A DNA stretch of 60,463 nt, taken from an uncultured virus (IMG/VR IMGVR_UViG_3300020042_013559) (taxonomy: Duplodnaviria > Heunggongvirae > Uroviricota > Caudoviricetes). Where the stretch lies: IMG/VR virus record IMGVR_UViG_3300020042_013559. One strand, written 5' to 3'. Each line of letters opens with the position of its first letter. Within the stretch, counting starts at the first letter, position 1. Under the pieces are notes generated by a model. The model was not told the DNA's origin and ran no database searches. It saw only the letters and a program-made list of their open reading frames with translations. Below are positions 55,612 through 60,463 of the stretch, piece by piece. Position numbers and translations under genes: made by a program.

Positions 55612-56466
55612 TTAGATCTTATCGAAATTCTTTGATAAATCAACAAATGCTTCCGTAATCTTTCCTGATCCAAAATTTTTAAAACCATGACCACCCAAAT
55701 ACATTTTGGAAAAAATTCCACAATCAAATTCTGTGTTTTTTGCTCTGTTTATTCTTATCCATGCTGAAAGGGTGTTTTTCTTTATGGCAATTGCAGCATC
55801 ACAATCGTATTTTTTTGTAAATTCTGCACACAATTCATTTATTGCAAAATCCGCATAAAATATTATTATATTAAATTTTTTGGTTTTATAAATGTGCGGT
55901 TCGCTATTTTTGGCTGTTTCTGCCATTTTATTCACATAAAGACGAATCATGTTCTTTTCTTGATCTGTAAATTCACGGTCTCCGTGTTCAAAAGCAGAAA
56001 CAAACTTTTCAATCTTGTTTCCGGTAAACGACCAGAACAGCATGTTCAGAAACAATGACTTTTTATATTTTAAATCATAACAATCATAGTCATCAATATA
56101 ATTTAAAATATTTTTTTGTTCCATGGTCAAATTCACATTTTTGAAAATTTGTTGCAATAACTTGGTACAGGAAGTTTCTGATCGGTATATGATTTTGCAT
56201 TTTTTGCTGGTTATGGTTGTTATTGGATCATGATGATGAACAAAAAGCACATTGCTTCTATCAGCAAGATCAACATGTTTTTGTTCGAAAAGAACATCAT
56301 AAATTAAAAGAGGAGCTGTTGGATCTGCGTTTTTCAGTTCATTTTCCAAACCATCTTCATTTGTGCCAACAAACTCATATTCACGATTTGATGATGACCA
56401 TTTTGTAACAAGACAGCATCCTGCTCCATCCAAATCAAAATCACAGATAATCCTTGTCTTTTTCAT
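55612..56466 (-). CDS. DHH/DHHA1-family phosphoesterase
   Basis: DFDLDG, IYD, VHHH in place of DHH, IDDYD, GGH. Confidence 0.8.
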   Translation of the reverse strand: MKKTRIICDFDLDGAGCCLVTKWSSSNREYEFVGTNEDGLENELKNADPTAPLLIYDVLFEQKHVDLADRSNVLFVHHHDPITTITSKKCKIIYRSETSCTKLLQQIFKNVNLTMEQKNILNYIDDYDCYDLKYKKSLFLNMLFWSFTGNKIEKFVSAFEHGDREFTDQEKNMIRLYVNKMAETAKNSEPHIYKTKKFNIIIFYADFAINELCAEFTKKYDCDAAIAIKKNTLSAWIRINRAKNTEFDCGIFSKMYLGGHGFKNFGSGKITEAFVDLSKNFDKI

Positions 56467-57794
56467 TCCATTATTTCATTAAGGGTTGCTTCTGTGCTTA
56501 CCACGGCATCAATATTTTGAGTTTTTGCTTCTTCCCGAATTCTCATGGTAGTATAATCAATTGCAAAACTTGCAGTTCCAAATGCAGGTCCTTGGCGGTT
56601 TTTCTGAACACTAAGATTGATACGTCCAAGTTCTTCATCTTCTTTTTCACGCCATATGCTGAAAATACAATCGGCAGTCATGGCCAATCCCAAGCTTTCA
56701 CTCATGGTTTCCAATCCAGGATTGCTTTGATTAATGGCATTCCGGTTTAATTGTGTTGCAGTAATAACAGGAACATTGAAAATGTAGCTTACCGCACGAA
56801 GAAGTTCTGTGATATGCTTGACCTGTTCGTATGAATTGTTTCCAAAATTTGTGGCAAAAAGATTCACATAATCCACAATAATTGCATCTGGCTTGATTCC
56901 ACTTTGAACCAGCTTTTTAATATAAGCCGTAAGATTAGACACTGAAATTGTTTTAGGAGCAAATTCCTTAATGATCAACTGAGATTTGGGATTTTCCCTT
57001 ACATATTTTGCAATTTCATCCCTCAATTCATCTAATTTATGTTTTAATGAAAATGCAGGAATATTGGCAAAATTACCACAAAGACGTTTGGCATATACAA
57101 TTTCACTCATTTCCAAACTGACCAGAAGAACAGTTTTTCCCTGGGCACATATGTTACTGGCCATATTTCCAAGAACAATGCTTTTTCCCACATTGGTTTG
57201 ACCGCTGAAAACATAAAGAGCTTTTCCTTCTTGGAGAAAACCACCCCCAAGTACTTCATCAATCCATTTATATCCACTGGATATGTAATTTTCTGTCTTG
57301 GTTATTTCTGTGATAAATTTTTCAATATCTTGCAAATAGTTAAGACCCAAATCATGAGTCAAACTTATGCTGCATGCATTTTGAAATTTTTCCAGAAGTT
57401 CCGAGGTATTGATACCAGCTTTTTCACTCTGTTCAATAACTTCCATGATGGTGTTACCAACAGCTTTTTCTTGAAGAAATAGTTCTGTATTTTCATATAA
57501 TTCTTTTATGTTTAAATTTTTGTCTATTTCATTGAAACTTTCAACGACACTTTTCCAAGATTGTTTTTGTTTGTCTGTTACAAGATATGTTTTTATTTCT
57601 GTTATGGTTGGTGATTCATTTGTTTTTTTATAAAAATCAGTAATAATTTCAATTATATTTTTTATATTTTCATTGCTGAAATATTCTGGCTTCAGATATT
57701 CAACAATCGTTCCAAGATATGAAGCATCTAACAGACACTTGTATATGATAAGTGGCTCGAATGCATTATGATCGATTTTTTTTATTTTGACCAT
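56463..57794 (-). CDS. gp41: Replicative DNA helicase (DnaB-like)
   Basis: GQTNVGKS, SLEMSE, IIKEF, IVDYVNL, TATQLNR, SESLGLAMTAD, KNRQG; ATG at 57794 preferred. Confidence 0.95.
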   Translation of the reverse strand: MVKIKKIDHNAFEPLIIYKCLLDASYLGTIVEYLKPEYFSNENIKNIIEIITDFYKKTNESPTITEIKTYLVTDKQKQSWKSVVESFNEIDKNLNIKELYENTELFLQEKAVGNTIMEVIEQSEKAGINTSELLEKFQNACSISLTHDLGLNYLQDIEKFITEITKTENYISSGYKWIDEVLGGGFLQEGKALYVFSGQTNVGKSIVLGNMASNICAQGKTVLLVSLEMSEIVYAKRLCGNFANIPAFSLKHKLDELRDEIAKYVRENPKSQLIIKEFAPKTISVSNLTAYIKKLVQSGIKPDAIIVDYVNLFATNFGNNSYEQVKHITELLRAVSYIFNVPVITATQLNRNAINQSNPGLETMSESLGLAMTADCIFSIWREKEDEELGRINLSVQKNRQGPAFGTASFAIDYTTMRIREEAKTQNIDAVVSTEATLNEIME

Positions 57795-58495
57795 TTTTGT
57801 AAAAACCACTTTTGACCATTTTGCCAAACCGGATCATTATAATCGCGCAATCCTGGGCTGGCATGCATAACCCATATGGGCCAAATTCCTATTTTATAGG
57901 AATACTTTTTAGCCTGTAAACATATGTCCAAATCAGTATAATGGGTATGACATGGATTTGTTTCATCAAACCTGAAATTTGAATTGATTTTAAACAGCTT
58001 TGTACGAAATGCCATGAAAAGGTTGTCAATCAGATCCACTTCATACGGAGTGGCACCAAAACTGGTCATGAAAATGCTTTTGCCATGGGGATGAGCAACT
58101 GCGCCTCTAAGATTTTCCCTGTCACACATTAAATGCCACAATGCAGGAGATCGAATCACAGGATTGATACCTCCTGCCAATCCTATAACATCATAATTGT
58201 TTTCTCGAGTGGCTTTATGAAGCTTATGAATGATTCTTAAATCATCAATATAAACGTCATCATGGATAAAACATATAATATCATGGCTATCCATGTATTT
58301 TTGGACTGCACGATTATAAACAACACACAATTTATCGGTGTTGTTTTCGATTATCTCATACTCAGCGTCTGGGACTTTGCTTATGCTTTTTAGAAATGAA
58401 GTGCCTTCTTTGCTTCCACGAGTAGCGCTAATGAAAATGACTTTTTCATTCTTTTGCTGCTTCTGTATCTGCGTCTGCGTATTTGTAGGCGACAT
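57782..58495 (-). CDS. GT-A glycosyltransferase-like protein
   Basis: VVYNRAV, CFIHDDV, IGLAG, RFDE, HYTDLDICL, HASPG. Confidence 0.8.
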   Translation of the reverse strand: MSPTNTQTQIQKQQKNEKVIFISATRGSKEGTSFLKSISKVPDAEYEIIENNTDKLCVVYNRAVQKYMDSHDIICFIHDDVYIDDLRIIHKLHKATRENNYDVIGLAGGINPVIRSPALWHLMCDRENLRGAVAHPHGKSIFMTSFGATPYEVDLIDNLFMAFRTKLFKINSNFRFDETNPCHTHYTDLDICLQAKKYSYKIGIWPIWVMHASPGLRDYNDPVWQNGQKWFLQKWSK

Positions 58496-59522
58496 TTAAT
58501 TTCTCCTGGAGATTAGGTATAACATATTCTTCCCAAAAAGATATATCATTTTTAAAACTTTTTCCATAACCCAATTTTGTTCCATCTGCTTTAGTATAGG
58601 TTGGTCCATTTTGAATAATAATTCCATGATTTACTGCCATTTCCAAAAGTCCACTATATTTGTCCAATCCAGTTCTATAATTCAAATAAATTGGAACTTC
58701 CAGAAAAGGTGGTAAAAACCTGTTCTTGGTTGTCATGGCACGAAGAGTCACTCCTGAATATTGCTTGGCTTCAGGAAGCATTTTATCTTCTTCATTCTTA
58801 TCATCTTGTTTTTCATTTCTGCGAGCCAACTGAACAATGATACTGCTCATATACAAAGGACCACTTCCTCCGCTTTGGTTTTTAACCAAGCTGGGATACA
58901 TGCTAGCAGGATCTGCATATGTATGATTGCTACAAAGAATAGTCACACCTGCTTTGGCAGCTTTATAAGTCAAAATACGCAGCATGCTCTTCAAGTTTTT
59001 GGCACGAAGACCCATATCTGCAACACTTTTATCTTTTTCAATGTCAGCTACTTCTTTCGAACCTGCAAGATTGCCAAGACTGTCCACGCTGATAATGAAT
59101 TTGCCTTGAGCTTTTTTCTCTATGACATTATCCAAAAATTTAGATATCTGGTTTTTAGCTTCATCAACAGTATAAACAGGACAATACTTGGTTTTTTCTG
59201 GATCAAGTCCAACAGTTTTACCGCTTTCTGCATCAACACTCATCTCACTATCAAAAATCACAGGATACATTCCCTGTTTTTGTGCAAGACCTAAGATTTT
59301 ATTGATAAGAAGTGTTTTACCCGTTTGTGATTCTCCTGTAAAGACAATGATTCGTCCTTTTGGAACACCACCTTCACGGATTTTTCCGCTAATAATGGCA
59401 TTTAGAGCATAACAACCGGTATCATACCAAGTATCAACATTGCTTAGTGTGTTGTCTGACAAATAAGCAGCTTCTGGATTGATATCATCCAGGCAACTTA
59501 GAATTTTATCCAGATCGCTCAT
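58446..59522 (-). CDS. uvsX: RecA-like recombinase
   Basis: DTGCYALNAIISG, GESQTGKT, FDSE, VDSLGNL, DMGLRAK, NHTY, SGGSG, KNRF. Confidence 0.95.
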   Translation of the reverse strand: MSDLDKILSCLDDINPEAAYLSDNTLSNVDTWYDTGCYALNAIISGKIREGGVPKGRIIVFTGESQTGKTLLINKILGLAQKQGMYPVIFDSEMSVDAESGKTVGLDPEKTKYCPVYTVDEAKNQISKFLDNVIEKKAQGKFIISVDSLGNLAGSKEVADIEKDKSVADMGLRAKNLKSMLRILTYKAAKAGVTILCSNHTYADPASMYPSLVKNQSGGSGPLYMSSIIVQLARRNEKQDDKNEEDKMLPEAKQYSGVTLRAMTTKNRFLPPFLEVPIYLNYRTGLDKYSGLLEMAVNHGIIIQNGPTYTKADGTKLGYGKSFKNDISFWEEYVIPNLQEKLNVAYKYADADTEAAKE

Positions 59523-59524
59523 GT

Positions 59525-59869
59525 TTAGTCATCAAACAATTTTACAACGTCTGGTGAAGAGGTCACAGCCGGGGGTGTGAATATCCGCTTGTATTGTTCG
59601 CAGATACGCTCTTCCAACTGAATATCAGTTGTTGTAACGATCTTGTCCTTGGGGAAAAGCCAAGTACCAGCAGAGTCACGAACACCCGGTGTAATAAATT
59701 CCTTGAAGAACAAAGGAACGGTCTGGATGCTCAGTTGACCTGTTTGTTGATTCGGCTGAACCAGCAGAATAGCGGGGTTTTTTACCTTTAGGTGTCCGTT
59801 CTCCTCGCCAAGAACTTCGCCTATGATTGTGCGACCTACATGGTCAATGAATGGTTGAATTGAACTCAT
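59525..59869 (-). CDS. Small beta-barrel (Sm/SH3-like) protein
   Basis: GRTIIGEV...LKVKNPAIL...; QYKRIF near C-terminus; heads the uvsX operon. Confidence 0.55.
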   Translation of the reverse strand: MSSIQPFIDHVGRTIIGEVLGEENGHLKVKNPAILLVQPNQQTGQLSIQTVPLFFKEFITPGVRDSAGTWLFPKDKIVTTTDIQLEERICEQYKRIFTPPAVTSSPDVVKLFDD

Positions 59870-59908
59870 ACCACCATTTATTAATGGCTTTTAGAAATGC
59901 AACTATAA

Positions 59909-59914
59909 TAAATA
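59909..59914 (+). promoter_or_regulatory. Late promoter core TAAATA
   Basis: 5 nt before ATG 59920. Confidence 0.7.
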
Positions 59915-59919
59915 ATAAT

Positions 59920-60463
59920 ATGCATAAAGACTCGCATAACATATTTGAAGCTTATGTTCTTGCCAAAAGTGTTGAAAAACAACAACTTAACGAAGGTCTT
60001 TTTGGCGATTTTTTCAAAAATAGAGAAATAGAAAAACAAAATAAAGAAAGATTTCAAACATATAAAGATCTTTGGACTCGTTTTTGGTATCCTAGATTTG
60101 CCAATAAAAAAGAAATAAACACGAATTCTGAAAAAGCCATTGAAGTATTTGAAGACTTTTTGAACGAACGTCAATGGGCACCAAACATAGAAAAGAATAA
60201 AGAAAAAGCATTCGAATATTTCAAGCAGAATCATGGTGATTTGAATTTTGAACGTCTACAAAACGATGCAATTGAAATTCTTCTTTTCGGACGTGCTTCT
60301 GATGATCCCTATGCTCAAAGAGTTTCCGATAAACCTAAAACAAAATTAATAAGCAAAGAAGGTCCTGCTGTAAAAATGCCCGCTTATAAAGGAATGCCCA
60401 AAGACGAATACGATAAATTGTCGCCCGATGAAAAATCAAAAGGTTTTGAAAAACCTGCTGATT
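59920..60463 (+). CDS. 5' part of a late gene running off the window (not in the ORF track)
   Basis: MHKDSHNIFEAYVLAKSVEKQQLNEGLFG... open to the end; TAAATA 5 nt upstream. Confidence 0.75.
   Translation, partial: MHKDSHNIFEAYVLAKSVEKQQLNEGLFGDFFKNREIEKQNKERFQTYKDLWTRFWYPRFANKKEINTNSEKAIEVFEDFLNERQWAPNIEKNKEKAFEYFKQNHGDLNFERLQNDAIEILLFGRASDDPYAQRVSDKPKTKLISKEGPAVKMPAYKGMPKDEYDKLSPDEKSKGFEKPAD

Noticed and set aside
59881..60234. 117-aa - strand ORF in the track
   Set aside because: Phe-rich antisense shadow of the + strand gene starting at 59920, which has a late promoter and a plausible N-terminus
1..60463. Stop-codon reassignment as seen in some large phages
   Set aside because: Core genes are full length in the standard code, and TAA, TGA and TAG (gp44, 10976-10978) all end genes
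1..60463. tRNA genes, self-splicing introns or inteins
   Set aside because: Intergenic gaps are short and showed no cloverleaf; helicase, UvsX, gp44 and gp23 have normal lengths with no intein motifs; a tRNAscan or Infernal run would be the definitive check

Overview
A 60.5-kb, AT-rich, densely coded segment of a large T4-like (contractile-tailed) bacteriophage genome in the standard genetic code. From 1 to about 41.4 kb it is mostly + strand virion morphogenesis: baseplate hub and tape measure, wedge genes gp53/gp25/gp6, a 14-kb block of large peripheral baseplate or receptor-binding proteins, neck gp13, gp4, the head genes gp21-gp67-gp22-gp23, a gp5-like spike and a short fibre. From about 41.3 to 59.9 kb it is mostly - strand: four peptidoglycan-hydrolase genes, a methyltransferase/glycosyltransferase cluster beside a Cys-rich repeat fibre, a rhamnose-pathway enzyme and T4-like replication genes (gp45, gp32, gp41, uvsX). 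No tRNA, rRNA, CRISPR array, integrase or transposase was seen. Most notable: (1) a probable phage-encoded virion glycosylation system with a candidate L-S-[A/G] sequon in virion proteins; (2) a tail-associated enzyme with a Tlde1/L,D-transpeptidase-like domain nested inside a 3D domain; (3) apparently leaderless or coupled translation with TAAATA late promoters a few nt before start codons and short-spacer early promoters; (4) a fibre chaperone whose beta-hairpin arms were both triplicated. All protein calls come from motif recognition by eye and gene context, not database searches.
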